DNA of 64,000 nucleotides from Takakia lepidozioides (GCA_030704615.1 CM060733.1:48360001-48424000), one strand, 5' to 3'; shown: positions 23,702 through 37,100, numbered from the stretch's first letter. The notes: generated from the sequence alone by a model not told the origin. Program-made: numbers and translations.

Positions 23702-26700
23702 TAGACACTATCTTGTTGAATTGCTTGATATTTTACTCTCTAATTATGGTGCGCGTACCTAAGCTGCAGGAGGAGCAGAAGGAAGAACTTGTCAAGGAGA
23801 CTGGACTGGAACACAAGCAAGTCAACAACTGGTTTATCAACCAACGGAAACACAATTGGAAGCGTTTGATGAACCCATCATCTTCATAACTGAAAGATAA
23901 ACCCTAAGAACTCATAGGGGATAGTACTGAGTGGACATAGAGTTCACTTCTATCTCACTTGAATTTTCTTGTCTTGCTCAAGAGCTGTTGAAATGGGCTA
24001 GTTTCTAAAGGTTCGCCTATCTCTCAATGTAAAATTCAGACTATCATTAGTCGCTTGACAACTTTTGGATGGATAGGCAATCTAATAAGCACCTTGAGCC
24101 CAATTGTGGAATTTAGTTCTCTTTTGGTGTGGTCAGGTGGCTTCAGATGATTGCATACTGGCAAATAAAGTTCTTACATGATAGCACTTGATGACTGACA
24201 AACTTTAGACTTGTTTTGACCCCGAATGCAACATTTGCATGAACAAAGATTCTCTAAGTTATGATCGAGGGATGAAGAAGACCAAGTGTTCAAATGGTTT
24301 CTGATTCTGTAATTAATAGCCCCAGAACCTCCAGTCGTTGTAGCTGTGAAGGTCGACTTTGTTAATAGCACATATTTGATTGCACGGGGTGTGTTTATAA
24401 CATATGATCATGTTTAAGAAAGAGAGATTCATGAGCTAAATACTTTTCATTGCTTGCAAGGAGGACTAAGTGCTAAGTTCCATTTAGTATAGGTCTAGAG
24501 AGAGAAGACTCCGGCCGAAGCCGGCGTACTAGGAGCCACTTCGCCTTGCGGCTACTGCCCCTTTCGGGAGTGGGCCACATAGTATAGGTCTACATATGAT
24601 TCTCAGTCCATCCCTTTGATGCATCGATGTCAGTTCCGTTTGTTAATTGGCAAAGACTCGGAGTGTATAGATATCTACAGGTCTGTCACAATGAGGGATT
24701 GAGTTCCTTTGAAGTTTGAAGGAAGAGAGAGTGTATAGACGGTCTGTGTAGGAGAGAGATCCATGCAAGAGAAATGAAATGATATGAAACGGTACTTTAG
24801 AAGTCCGCAGAAAACTCAAAGAGCACATGGACAATTGTCGAAGAGTCCAAGCACTGCCAATCATTTCACTTCTTCGTTGTGAATCTTGACCTCCGCAAGG
24901 GGTTAGGTCTCAGGGAATAGAAAATTGCTCTCCCAGTGAAAGAAGAAATGTTCTTCACTTTCGATTTCCCTATTATTCCCAGCGCAAACTGGGTGTGGGA
25001 GGTCTCCACATTGCAGGTTGTCCCACTTAGCAGTCTCTATCTGTTGACTGGGAAGAGAGAGACCTGACATAGCGCTGCGCAATAACTTTGAGAGGACGTT
25101 CCAGCTGCCCTTATTTATCGTAAGTTGCTCTAACTAGTTGTTGGCTGCCAACTACATAACACATCCTCGTGCTTTACACACAGCACGTTAAAAGCTGCCA
25201 CCCGGGACAGAATCGGCAGGGATGACCGATTAAACACAGACGACGACCTATCACCCTAGGCCTATGTCATCAGCCATCAACCGACCCACCTTACCCTGAG
25301 GCCCCGTTTATATCCTCTCAGGGGCTCTGAATCTGGGCAATCGATATGGGATAATCGAACCTCAATCATATTGCACCACGTAGCGGCGAGAATCCGCCAC
25401 ACCTGCTTTTAACGCCAGTGAACGGGCCGCGTTGGCCGACTCTGCCCTGTGCGCGGCCATAGGGCTCGCCCTGACGGGCTCCCCCAAAGGCAGCTTACAG
25501 GGCAGAATCGGCCAAACACGGCCCGTTCTCTAGTACATAGATAATATCAGAGAGGGCCCTAACAACGACCCGGAGCCGGCAGAGCATGACTAAGATACTG
25601 GGCCGTCCCACACCATGTAAGCAAGCCGCCAGAGGTCGCTGCATAACTTAGATTCGTGAGATATGGGAAGGACCAAGTTGGCGAGGACGACGATGGTGTG
25701 CGGAGAACCAACACAGCTGCTCAATTGTCCCATCACCAATCCGGAGGTGATCGGGAGCTGAGGCTGCTTCTGCAGCCTCCGAGAGACGTGGGTTTTAATT
25801 TGGTTTTACGACTAACTCAGAACCCTTCATTGACCACAGATTTCTCAGGACTATACTTTACAGCTTTATAAACTTATGTTAAGGAGGACCGCCTTTTCTT
25901 CCGGTACCTCTATGCTGTCTCTCTCTCTTTACCGCCTAAAACAAGACAGTATATCACACTTTCAGAACTAAAACCGCAAAGAGGATTATAGTCATGAGAA
26001 CTACCTCCTCGACTCTCTTCTGATCTGAATGAGTCTCTCTGTCCATAAAGGTCAGCGCTCTGCCTGGTCCATCCTGACAGAGATCCACCTCAGCAGCAAC
26101 ATGATTGGCTCACTTGTGCGTAGATATATACCTCTGAAAGGATGCGGAAGACACTTATGATCCTGTAAACGTATAATCCTGCAAACACTAGAGAAAAAAT
26201 GCACCATTCGACATGAACGCTCTGTTAGAGATTTCTTTTGCTCAATCATCCCAAGTTTCTGGAAACCTCATCAGATCCTAGTGAATATCATCAATGTGGC
26301 TGTTCCCACATGCTGTGGACGTGATCCAGGAAGGTAAGCAAGACCACAGTGGTAGAGAAATGATACACAGGTGCAACCACGGCAACGACATTCATTGGAG
26401 GTTGGAGCTTCTATAGCCAAAAAAGTTGGGCAGATTTCTTGAGAGCACCTGTCGGTGTAATTGGACCACAGTAATCTGCGTCTATATATATGGTTCAATA
26501 CGTACGGCTGCAGGTGATTCCTGAAGCAGTTTGATCTAGGTCCAAGAAAAACGTTAACACCACAGATAATGGATGAGCTTAGAGCAATGAGACTGCAAAG
26601 CTTGAGGTTTGCACTCCTCTGCTCACAAGATGAAACGAGGGTCCAAGAGAAAAAACACCACAGATAATAGATCGGCTTAATTAGAGAAATGAATCTACGA

Positions 26701-27153
26701 AGCGTCAGATGAAGCTTGAGATCTCCACTTCTCTGCTCACAAAACAAAACGAGAGGGAGCCGAGAGATCAGCATAGTCGAGCACACGTGATGAGGTCATT
26801 GCAAAAGGATGTCCAACCTTACCTGTAAGCATATCATGCAAAGAGAAGCCGGAAAGCAACAGAACGCTGGTTCAGCAGAAAATTGAGAGAGATGTCTGAG
26901 CCCCAGTACAGAGCGGTGATGAGCTTTGCGGATTGCACACAAGAAAGCCTTGAGAGAGCAGGCAGGAAGAAGCCTGGGAAGCGTGCTGGGCTTGTCACTG
27001 CGATGTGACATTTCACGCCTGCCAACAAAATGTGGGGCCTTTCACGATCGTATTGGGCAGGTATCTACTCGGCATCGATTACCCACCCAACTCTACACTT
27101 CTCAAACTCTCAGTTTTAATTCTTTGCAAGATTCTTTTGTCCGGGGTAAGGAT

Positions 27154-27830
27154 CAGTGTTGGTCTGGTATTGGCATTTTGAGATACCAGGCTGGGCCTGG
27201 TATATGGGTGGCTGCCAGAATGAAGTACCAGAGGATTGCTTGAATTTACATACCAGTCTGGTATCTATAATGAAGGTATGGTGAATTACTTATGCACTGG
27301 TATCAATACAGGTGTGATTAGCTAATTAATACCAGCTGGTATCAATGATGGCGAATGGGATCAAACCAGTAACAAATTCATCACGAAAACAACTAGTGAA
27401 GCATGCAAATGAGGCCAAAGTGGGAATGAATTATGAAGCTTCTAGGTGTATTACACAACACAGTCTGGTATACAAGACACCAACCGAGAGATTCACATAT
27501 CAGACACAAATCAGGTCACAAAAGTCACGGCAGATTCCAAAATGAGCCCATACTTGCCCGTAGTGCACAAAATCCCCCAAAGTCTCGCAGCAGTATAGAA
27601 ACCATTGATACCAGTGGAGTAACGCTGCAAAATGTGCTGAGCTAGTATCAACAATGAGCCAGACGCGTCTGGTTACCGCCTTTTTTTCCAAAATCTAATT
27701 CGTCTCTGCACTGGTATATATCGGCCTAGGCATCTCAGATCTGGGACCAGGCCGGTCTGTTCTCTAATACCAGGGTTGTTTGTTACCAGGGTTGATACCA
27801 GGTGCTCAGTCCAATACCAGACGAACACTG
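27154..27830. mobile_element. hAT-type MITE (677 bp)
   Basis: 20-bp TIRs CAGTGTT(G/C)GTCTGGTATTGG with 1 mismatch. 8-bp TSD GTAAGGAT/GTAAGGAA. Many internal CTGGTAT/ATACCAG motifs. Confidence 0.85.
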
Positions 27831-28315
27831 GTAAGGAAGGAATCCCGGGGCTTACTAGTTAGGGTTTATGCAACCAAAATCCAAGTCCTTTGCTGTAATC
27901 TTAACTAGTGCCCCACTGTTGCTTTTCTTGTTGAACATGTCATGCACTCTGATAGAGATTGAAAGAATCTTTTCTATGGCTACCTCAGGTGTCCATAGAC
28001 CCTTGCCCAAGAAAGTGTAAATTAAATTCATATTGATTATTTATACGAAGATCATAATATGGCGGCGGTTATGTGAAATGAGGGGAGGATTTTGGTGCAA
28101 AAAGTTTTGAGATTCGAAAGGTCACTATCTCAAACCTCCCAAGATTAATTGTCAGCAAGTGCATTTAAACTCAAACCATCCAATCAAAGGCATTCAAATG
28201 ATGTAAAGTTAAGAAGTAGGCTCCAAATGTTACTTTGTGGATAGTAGTTGAAGTGCAGCCTGGGACTATTTAATCATAAGAACTACAATAGTTCGGTAAT
28301 AGAATCTTAACCAAC

Positions 28316-28466
28316 AGTCAATAGCTCAGTTGGTTAGTGCATCGAGGGCACCCAGATGATTCTGGTGTCAAATCCTGCTACCTAACTGGTGTGGTGTGCT
28401 CTTCTCCCCCTTCCCATTTGGACGCCTTCATGGCGAGGTTACTGTGAAGAGGGCATGAGAAAAAAG
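28316..28466 (+). mobile_element. tRNA-derived SINE-like sequence
   Basis: A-box TAGCTCAGTTGGTTAG (~28322), B-box-like GGTGTCAAATCC (~28364) and a short A-run at ~28460. No full cloverleaf and no clear TSD. Confidence 0.45.
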
Positions 28467-28751
28467 TATGTTAGTGGGCATGGTGGTTGCGAAGCTCTGG
28501 TGAGCTGCAAAATAGTCTCCCTCTTCCTCTTTGTACTCTTCTTGTGCTCTTCTCATGTTCTATGAAGCCTTGAGAGATGACCATGCCTAAAACCTACCAC
28601 TTATAAGTGTGTGCATTGAATAGGCAACAGCAATTAGCTGACTAAGACTGTTGAAAGATCCCACTGCGAGACGATTATTCATGAGGCACCATCAGCAAAT
28701 GGTGCTGTACCTCGGTTAATATCTAAAGCAATTATCCTTTGGAGTTTGCAG

Positions 28752-29525
28752 GTCGAGTACCTTATGGACCTCACTGCCTTCAAAGATCGACTATACAAAC
28801 ATGTTGACATTGAGGTGACTGACGCTGTGAGATTTTTGCTGGGATGTGGAGCAGAAATTTTACAAAGCGAGGTAGAAGGGGAGGGGTTTCAGCATGCATA
28901 ACATTGTGGAGATGAGAGAGAATGTGTGAGAACTGGATGCATGCTAGTTCTAAAGTTTCTGATCATATACGATAGTACTGCAAGAGACAGTGGCCCAAAA
29001 TATGCACAAGGCCGGAAAGCTGTACAGTATGTAGTGGAGATGTCCCTTCTCAAATGTAGACCATGGAGGCTATCTGTATATGTATACACATACCTATCAT
29101 ACATCTACAGACAGCTGGATACACAATAAGTAGTTCTAAACCTCCCTGAGCCATCCGTGGTCCTTTCAGGGTACATACGTGGAAACTTTAATCCGAATTT
29201 GAGACAGGAAATTGATGCAAGCCCTGCCCGTTTGCATGATCACCAAACATATTAAGGAATCTCGCGCGGATGTGGGGAGGGTGGGTGCTAGTTCATGTAT
29301 ATATTGTCAAACCTGAATCACTTGAGCTCCCATTGCGACATCTCTAGAGGAAGTTAGAATTTAGTGGGAGTTTAGTGGCTTAGCAGCATACATTGAACTT
29401 TGAAGGGTATATAGTATCTACATATGAAACTACTTGGGAAGTGCATTATGAACTTGAAAGAGAGGAAATATTATCCAGTTATCTGCAATTATACTTGGCT
29501 CTTATTACAACTGCTGAAAATCACT
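28752..29525 (+). pseudogene. Class II KNOX fragment, paralogue C (KNOX2-domain exon plus following intron remnant)
   Basis: cag|VEYLMDLTAFKDRLYKHVDIEVTDAVRF(fs)CWDVEQKFYK|gt at 28752-28871. Downstream sequence resembles intron 14334-15016 (e.g. ACTTGAGCTCCCATT, TGGGAAGTGCA). Confidence 0.75.
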
Positions 29526-31070
29526 TATCTAAAACAATGCCCACAATCCTATGTACTGTATTGGACTATATTGGACATCGTCGGCAGGGATCCAAAGTGA
29601 TCTGAAATGAAGTTGTGCATAGACCTATTTGAAAGAAATACCAGTAAGTCTAGAGGCCAACAACTGAGCCGATCAGATGCTTCTGGACACCCGGAATAGG
29701 TCAGATAGAGAACTGAAACAGACTTCAGACTTACTTAACTATACACAAGCATCTTCAATAATCTCCACCATATGATGTCACACATGCATACATATGATAG
29801 GGTAGTTATCAAAAAAAGAATTGCATTTGGTGTGAGCTTGTGACAGTTTCAGAGACAGCCTAGGTAATGACCGATCTCGATCCGATTATTTCACTGTTCA
29901 CGAAATGGAGAATTAAAGGCTAAGTAGGAGCCGTTTCCTATCATGTACTTATTTCAACGTAGTTCATATGTTTTCCGAGGTCAAACTTTTAGTCTCAGCA
30001 AAGGAGCCAGAAAACCTAGTGACATTGGTCACTCAACAATCTCCGAGTTGGAACAGTTCTAGGGTTTTTCAGAGACAAGATTACATTGCCAGGCCAGAAA
30101 CTGAGAGCTTTCATGACAAGTAATGTCAAGCGACTGTATAGAAAAATTCTGAAATTGAGGGCTTGATGCATAATCAGCAATATACTGCTAGTAAAGAAGA
30201 GGAGGCTAGCTCTGAGCTGTGGGTTAGATCTAATTTCAGTTGTCTCTTCTGCAAACAAATAAGACTCACTTGGGCAATAAATGTGTACCTCTGAAAGGAT
30301 GATATGTATGTTGATCCTGCAAACAGAAAAAAAAGTGCAAGCGTTTGTCTGTTTTAGAGGCTTCTCCTGCACAAGAAAGCCATGGACTATTGCAACCTTC
30401 ACACGCACTGATCCATGGCTGGTCAAACAAGCAGAGTCCACTACATGTCCATAATTTAGGAAGCACAGCGAGTCGACCATAGAACGCAGCATAAACTATG
30501 GGAATTACATTGATTGCACAATATTAGAGCCCCTAATTTCACAAGTGTCTCATCCACTCTTTGACAACAAAGCTACAACAACAACAGAGAGCAGATAGGG
30601 CGCTGATGAATGGGTGTAAGAAGGAAATTGACCAAAGAGATTTACGACTCTGGATCACATTATAGTCCATAAAATATGATGAATGCAACCAGACCAGCCA
30701 TTGGGCAGGTTTCTAGAAAACACCATATTGTTGATCCTTGCTCCATGACGCGGTATGTGTGATTCAAGTCCAAGAAAAGTAACACAATAGATAACAGATC
30801 AGCTTAGTGCACGACAGCACGAAACTGGATATATATATATATGAAAGCTCTGGCCTCATCCAGGCTTTTTGGATAAGTGCCTTTTATGGCTTTGTAGACT
30901 TGCTCGGGTTTTTTTTTCTTGTTATTTGTAAGAAAAAAATAACGATAATAAAAATAAATAAAAACCCCCAACATTTTTTTCCCTGTTTCAGTTTCCTTCA
31001 CATAGGGGAAAACAGGGAGACCAAAATGGAGAGAGCAGCAGACCATGAGAGCTTGGAATTTTGTTGGCAG

Positions 31071-32035
31071 GTGTTTCTGAAGGCATTTGCTGAGGCCAAT
31101 GATCTTCTCAAACAGCAATTAAACCCACATCAGATGCATGCCTTGGTGGTAGGGTGTGATTGGGTAGCCCCAAAGTACGAGACTTCGTTGCGGGAGCTTG
31201 TGAGAGAAATGGGACTTGAAGGGTGTGTTCATTTTGTGAACAAAACAATGGATGTGGTCCCGTTCCTGGCAGCCACAGATGTTTTGGTCCAGAATTCTCA
31301 GGTAAGACTGAATCTCTATTACAATCAGGGTTTATGCCTACAAAGCTATGGCAAACAATGTCATATGAGTACATTCTATTACAATCGGGGCATGTTTCTT
31401 CGGTTTGCTTTGCCAAGTAGATTTTGCTGATGAAGCCAGAACTAATTGAGTGAACATTCTGTAGATCTTCCACAGTCGGTTTACATGTCTTTGTATTAGA
31501 TATCAGCTTGCCTCAGAATGTGTCCCCCTTTCAAACTCATAAGTCTCTGCAGGCGCGGGGCGAATGCTTTGGACGAATTACGATTGAGGCCATGGCTTTT
31601 GGACTGCCAGTTAGTCCTCCTCTCTCCATTTGTTAAATTGTTAAAAGATTTTGTGGATGGCTCAGTGAAGGTTGGCATATTTGTTTTAAGAATGACAACT
31701 GGTGTCAAAAGAAGGGTCTGCCCTCAGGAGTGGGTCGATTAGTTCCTTCTGTAAGAATGGCTGTCAGTGAGCAGGAAGTTTTCTGTACTTTGGCAGGGAA
31801 CTGCAGCGGGAGGCACACTGGAGATTGTTGTCAATGGAACAACAGGTCGTTTGCATCCTGTAGAAAAGGATGGTGTTAAGCCACTGGCTGCTAACATGAG
31901 GGACCTATTTGAGAACAAATTGTTGAGGACAGGCATGGGAGGGAGTGGGTATCAGAGAGTTTTTTATGGAACACCACATGTCTGAGTGACTTGGCCTGGT
32001 GTTCAAAGAGGTCTTGGCCCGGGGCACTTGATTAA
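31071..32035 (+). pseudogene. 3' fragment of a GT4 (Glycos_transf_1) glycosyltransferase gene
   Basis: Exons 31071-31301 (VHFVNKTMDVVPFLAATDVLVQNSQ), 31553-~31610 (ARGECFGRITIEAMAFGLPV) and 31797-~32035 (GTAAGGTLEIVVNGTTG). Frameshift and stop near the end; no 5' exons recognised. Confidence 0.8.
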
Positions 32036-32559
32036 CACAGCTGGAAAACGGCAAGAGAGACTGATTTTTTTTACTGGCTATGTTATCCATGGTCATCCAT
32101 TCATATCTTACTTGAGCCAAGCTCCATGCAGAGATGCTGACCATGAAATACCTCAATGGTCAATCTAGAAGCACATTCAGGGAATCCCCAATGGTCATAT
32201 CACATCCTCATCTTTGTTTATGATTTGTGCGCTAGTCCAAAATCTAGTCCTGGTACTTACTCAAGTCAACTGAAGAGGTAAAGCCTTGCATCCCCAGACC
32301 TTACCAACCTAAAGAAGTCACAGAGATGTGGTGAACAACATGGGGCAAGGACAAAAGGAAAAATATTGACTAAGCCCCTTAGTTTCATTATCAACCTGAA
32401 CAACCGCTGCGGGTGGGTGGTTCTTGGGCCCAACCGATTCTGCTATCTACCTCTTCTGCCTCTTGCCTCTGCCTCCAGTCAGTCAGTAAGATCCCAGTGA
32501 ACCTCAAGCATGGCAGCTGTAATGTTAAGAAGCTTCCCATAGGGAGTGGGCTTTGAGGA

Positions 32560-32950
32560 CTTGAAGTTAGGGTGCCTGTGCCAACCCAAGACGACAACAA
32601 AGCACCGGAGGGATTGTGGTGGGTGTTGTCAGACTTGTGCAAAATGTGGGAAAATGAGGAAGGACGTCTTGGCCAGCGTTTGAATATCTGCCATTTGGTG
32701 TCTTGTTGGAATTGTTTTTGTAAAAGTCGGACGCTTTGCCACCACTTTTGGAGTTATGGAGGAACAGGGATAAATGGAAAGGTAAACTTGGTGATGAAAC
32801 GCCAGAGAGCATTCAAGAGTTTTGGGATGGTGCAAAGCTAAGGGATTATCAGGCTTTCTGGGACCCAGAGTGTGAATGGGAGGCCCCCATTGTGTGCCCA
32901 AATTCTGGATGTAGAGTAATTAATACTTCCATCTCTCACTTCCCCTGATG
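32560..32950 (+). mobile_element. Possible decayed CACTA/EnSpm-like transposase fragment
   Basis: Frameshifted pieces KCGKMRK..FEYLP..LELWRNRDKW..QEFWDG..FWDPECEW..CPNSGC. Resemblance is by recall only. Confidence 0.3.
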
Positions 32951-33419
32951 TTCATTGAACCGGATTCGGTCTGAAGCGTCCTGTGGCCTTCCAGTGAACT
33001 TCTGTTATGGTCTATTGTCTCTTGGGGGCTTGGTGCCGTTGTTAGACATGGGCATATTCACTGTCTGCTGGTGCCTTGATTTTTCTTTACCTGGCACTGG
33101 CATGCTCTTGTTGTTCTGGAGGTGTCAGTAAAGGATCCACATCAACCAATAACAACAGTGTCACATAGTGCAGAAAGGCAATCAGGACAAAGTCGACTTT
33201 GGGTCGACATGTATGTACAAATACTTCAGTTAGCTATTTGCTCAAGTGTCATTCTTTGAAATAGTGCAGCATACCCATCATGAACAACCAGTCCAGTAAC
33301 AAATGAATCTGCCTACATCTGCATGAATCACAGGCCAGTGATCATATGACATCTCTCCATAGGGGCGGTCTATGCTGGACCAGTATCAGCAGCACTAATC
33401 ATTCTTTCTATCAATCTTC

Positions 33420-34001
33420 ATTGAGGGCATCGATGAAGAGAACCACCGGGTCTTGCACCCAAGAAGGTGCATAGTGTAGCCACCAGTATACATGAGAGAG
33501 GTAGCCAAAGGTGAAGTAAGAAGCAGTGAACTGTGACATTTACCAGATCAATTGTGAATAGATTATTGCAACATTCCATTTGTTACTGGTAAGGCGGATT
33601 CTTCATGAAAATTGCAGAACTTCACGCGTTATCAGAAGTGAATTTCAAAACCAAGTTCATATCTGGAAGGTCCTCTCCACAAGGGAGGAATGGGTCTCAA
33701 CAATAGGACCCAAAGCAGGAACGCCAGCGTTGTTGACCAAAATATCAATGTGGCCGTACTTTGCCATGACGCTGTCCACCGCATCGCGAATGGTAGCCTC
33801 GACAGTGACATCAATAGCAAGGGTTTCAACATGCGGATGTTCCTGCAGCTTTTTCATGGTGTCCAGTGACCTCGATGTGGCCACAACACTGTAGCCCGCG
33901 TCACTAAATGCCAAGGCAAGACTAGCACCTATGCCGCCATCCGAGCAGCCCGTGATGAGAACTACATCTCGCCTCCCGGTTGCTCCAGGTCCACCCCCCA
34001 T
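33420..34001 (-). pseudogene. Short-chain dehydrogenase/reductase (AYR1-like), internally deleted
   Basis: VVLITGCSDGGIG (Rossmann fold) and GHIDILVNNAG; the frame stops after RTFQI. No YxxxK. Probable C-terminal remnant SYFTFGYLSHVYWWLHYAPSWVQD at ~33455-33525. Confidence 0.8.
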
Positions 34002-34160
34002 CTGTTGCTAGTGCAATGCAATTCCTTCACAATTTAACCCTCTGCAAGCGACCTGCAAACAATTTTACCGGTATTGAATCCCCCTGCAACTAGAATCCTC
34101 ACTTCTGTTGAGTTTGCTCAGTTCATACCTTTGAGTCTCAAACACATGAGACCGGCATGC

Positions 34161-37100
34161 AGGCGGTAAAGAGAGAGAGACAGCATAGAGGTACCGGAAG
34201 AGAAGGCACGCTCCTCCTTAACATAAGTTTATAAAGCTGTAAAGTATAGTCCTGAGAAATCTCTGGTCAATGAAGGGTTCTTAAAAAAGTTAGTCGTAAA
34301 ACCAAATTAAAACCCACGTCTCTCCGAGGCTGCCGAAGCAGTCTCAGCTACCCGATCACCTCGGGATTGGTGATGGGACAATTGAGTGCCAGCTGTCTTG
34401 GTTCTCCGCAAACCATCGTCGTCCTCGCCAACTTGGAATCAGGGATCCTTCCCATATCTCACGAATCTAAGTTATGCAGCGACCTCTGGCGGCTTGCTTA
34501 CTTGGTGTGGGACGGCCCAGTATCTTAGTCACGCTCTGCCGGCTCCGGGTCGTTGTAGTGTAAGGGACCTCTCTGATATTATCTATGTGCTGTGCGTAAA
34601 GCACATAGATATGTTATGTAGTTGGCAGATTCGATATGCCAACAACTAGTTATAGCAACTTACGATAAATAAGGCCTCCCTTCAGCTGGGACGTCCTCTC
34701 AAAGTTATCGCGGAGCGCTATGTCAGGTCTCTCTCTTTCCCAGTCTGCAGATAGAGACTGCTAAGTGGGACAACCCGCAACGTGGAGACCTCGTACACCC
34801 AGTTTGCGTTGGGAATAACAGGGAAATCGAAAGTGAAGAACATTTCTCCTTTCAATGTGAGATCAATTTTCTATTCCCTGAGACCCAACCCCTCGCGAAG
34901 GTCAAGATTCACAACGAAGAACTGAAACGATTGGCTCTTAGACAATTGTCCATGTGCTCTTTTTTCTGCGGACGTTCTAAAGTACCATTTTCTATCATTT
35001 CATTTCTCTCGCATGGATCTCTCTCCTACACAGAGTCTATACACACCGTCTTCCTTCAAAGGAACTCACTCCCTCATTGTGATAGACCTTTAGATATCTA
35101 TACTAAATGGAACTTAGCACTTAGTCAGTCATCAAGTGCTATCATGTCTCTATCATGTAAGAAAGTCTGTATTTGCCAGTTTGCAATCATCTGCAGCCAC
35201 CTAACCACACCAAAAGAGAACTAAATTCCACAATTGGGCTCAAGGTGCTTATTAGATTGCCTATCCATCCTCCTTCCGTCGCTTTTCTCAATGCAAAAAT
35301 TCAGCTAGTAACTAAAGTTCCATCTTCCATTTCCCCTGGGGGCCAACAACCAAAAGTTGTCAAGCGACTAATGATAGTCTAAATTTTACATTGAGAGATA
35401 GGCGAACCTTTAGAAACTAGCCCATTTCAACAGCTCTTGAGCAAGACAAGAAAATTGAAGTGAGATAGTAGTGAGCTCTATTTACACTTAGTACTATCCC
35501 CTATGAGTTCTAGGGCAGTTGTTGACTTGCTTGTGTTCCAGTCCAGTTTCCTTGACAAGTTCTTCCTTCCGCTCCTCCTGCAGCTTAGGTACGCGCACCA
35601 TAATTAGAGAGTAAAATATCAAGCAATTCAACAAGATAGTGTCTACTTCTTGAAAGTGTTTTGATGTTCTACCTATCTAGGATGATAACATATTACACTA
35701 TAAATGCAATACAAAGTTACAAGGTGTGTAACATTAGTTGTTGGATATGTGCATGTACCGTTGGATAAGGCCATTCTCGGTGCTCATACCACCATGCCTT
35801 CAGTACTGCGGTGGTGCTTTGGGGCAACTTCCCAGCTCGACGCTTGTGTAGTATCTCCTCTCGAACATCCCCAATTGTTCTCCGGTATCCCTGAGACATC
35901 TTAAACATATATTACAATCACCTCGAGTGACACGTCTTTTGTGGAAGAAATGTATATAAGTATTTTTATTCGGAGGGATGAGTATCCTCCTTTAAGTATG
36001 CATCTGATCTAGATGTAGTTACGAATTTCATCAAGTGTTTAGAAACATGCAGGCCTAAAGCTCTAGCAAGATTCAGACAAATATGGAAGAACACATCATC
36101 ACTAAAGGTAGATGATGTTTACCTGCTTGAGCTCCGATTTTAGCTCCTTTCGTATGCACTTGCGGAGTGTACGTCGCTCTTCCTCGGTAGGTACAATTGG
36201 CCCCAAACTCCCATCATATTCAGGGGATTCCAAGTTTGGGTGGGGGTCCAAATTTGGGTCATATGCACTACCTTCACCTTCGTATTCCTCTTCATCATCG
36301 TAGCTATTCCTAAACTGGGGATGTTCCTGAACTCATTGTTTCAAATGGAAAGTAAATGTGAGCAGTTGCAATAAGTGTAGCTAAGTATCATTAACCAATA
36401 ATATTGCACATATAACTTGATCTACCACTCCCTATGTTTCATGTGCACTTCCTAAGTAGCACTTTTTTACTAACTTATATAGACCCTTCAAATTCAACTC
36501 CGCAGTTGGATCTAATATCCTACAGAGGTACAGCAAAATGGGAGCTCAAGTCATTAGCAATTAATCTGACCAACATGACATCTACATCTATCTGTTGCCC
36601 TTCATGATTCCTTGTGTCAGGTTAGTATGGGTAGGCCGGCATGCATCAATTACCTCTAAAAGGTGTCTTTTGAGAATGGTTCTACAGGTATAACCCCTGA
36701 TGGTTGTACTCAGACCAAACAATGGCTCCGGGAGGTTTAACTAGAACTAGTACCCTATGGATCTATACTTGATAGGTTAAGTGTGCATGGAAAATTAGCG
36801 CACTTTTGAGAAAAGACACCTCCACTATACTGGAGAGTTTTGTGTGTTGGGGCGCACTGTTTTTATATGCCACTTCCTCTAGCAATACTAACACATACCT
36901 GAGCACACCAAGGTCTAGCATCCAAGTTTTTCAAGTATTCTAGAGCTCTCATTTGGGCAATTATATATATATGATTATAAATGATATGTAGAAACCCTTA
37001 CGTTACCTGTTAGTTTGTAAAGTTCCTGCTCCACATCCCAGCAGGATGCCATAGCTTAAGTCACATTGCTGTAAATATGTTGCTCTAGCTGTTCTTGAAG

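Larger units (their letters stand above)
12600..23889 (+). pseudogene. KNOX2: Class II KNOX (KNAT3-like) homeobox gene, paralogue A; premature TGA in homeodomain, last intron holds an 8-kb LTR element
   Basis: Exons 12600-13220, 13644-13904 (KNOX1: HPSYPELLAAHVACLRVGTP), 14213-14333 (KNOX2: FKEQLEQHV..EAMASCWDVEQEL..LTG), 15017-15240 (ATMSDDDD, ELKSELKQ; GC donor), 15471-15602 ([29 protein letters not shown] 15582-15584) and 23770-23889 ([22 protein letters not shown]). Confidence 0.9.
12448..25937 (+). repeat. Left arm of an inverted segmental duplication (partner 34161-38884)
   Basis: Exons, introns and 3' flank match the reverse complement of 34161-38884. This arm carries extra segments (15718-23701, ~24200-24463, ~24493-24671, ~25188-25535). 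Confidence 0.9.

Noticed and set aside
28316-28390. Functional tRNA gene
   Set aside because: Only A/B-box-like motifs are present; acceptor and anticodon stems do not form.
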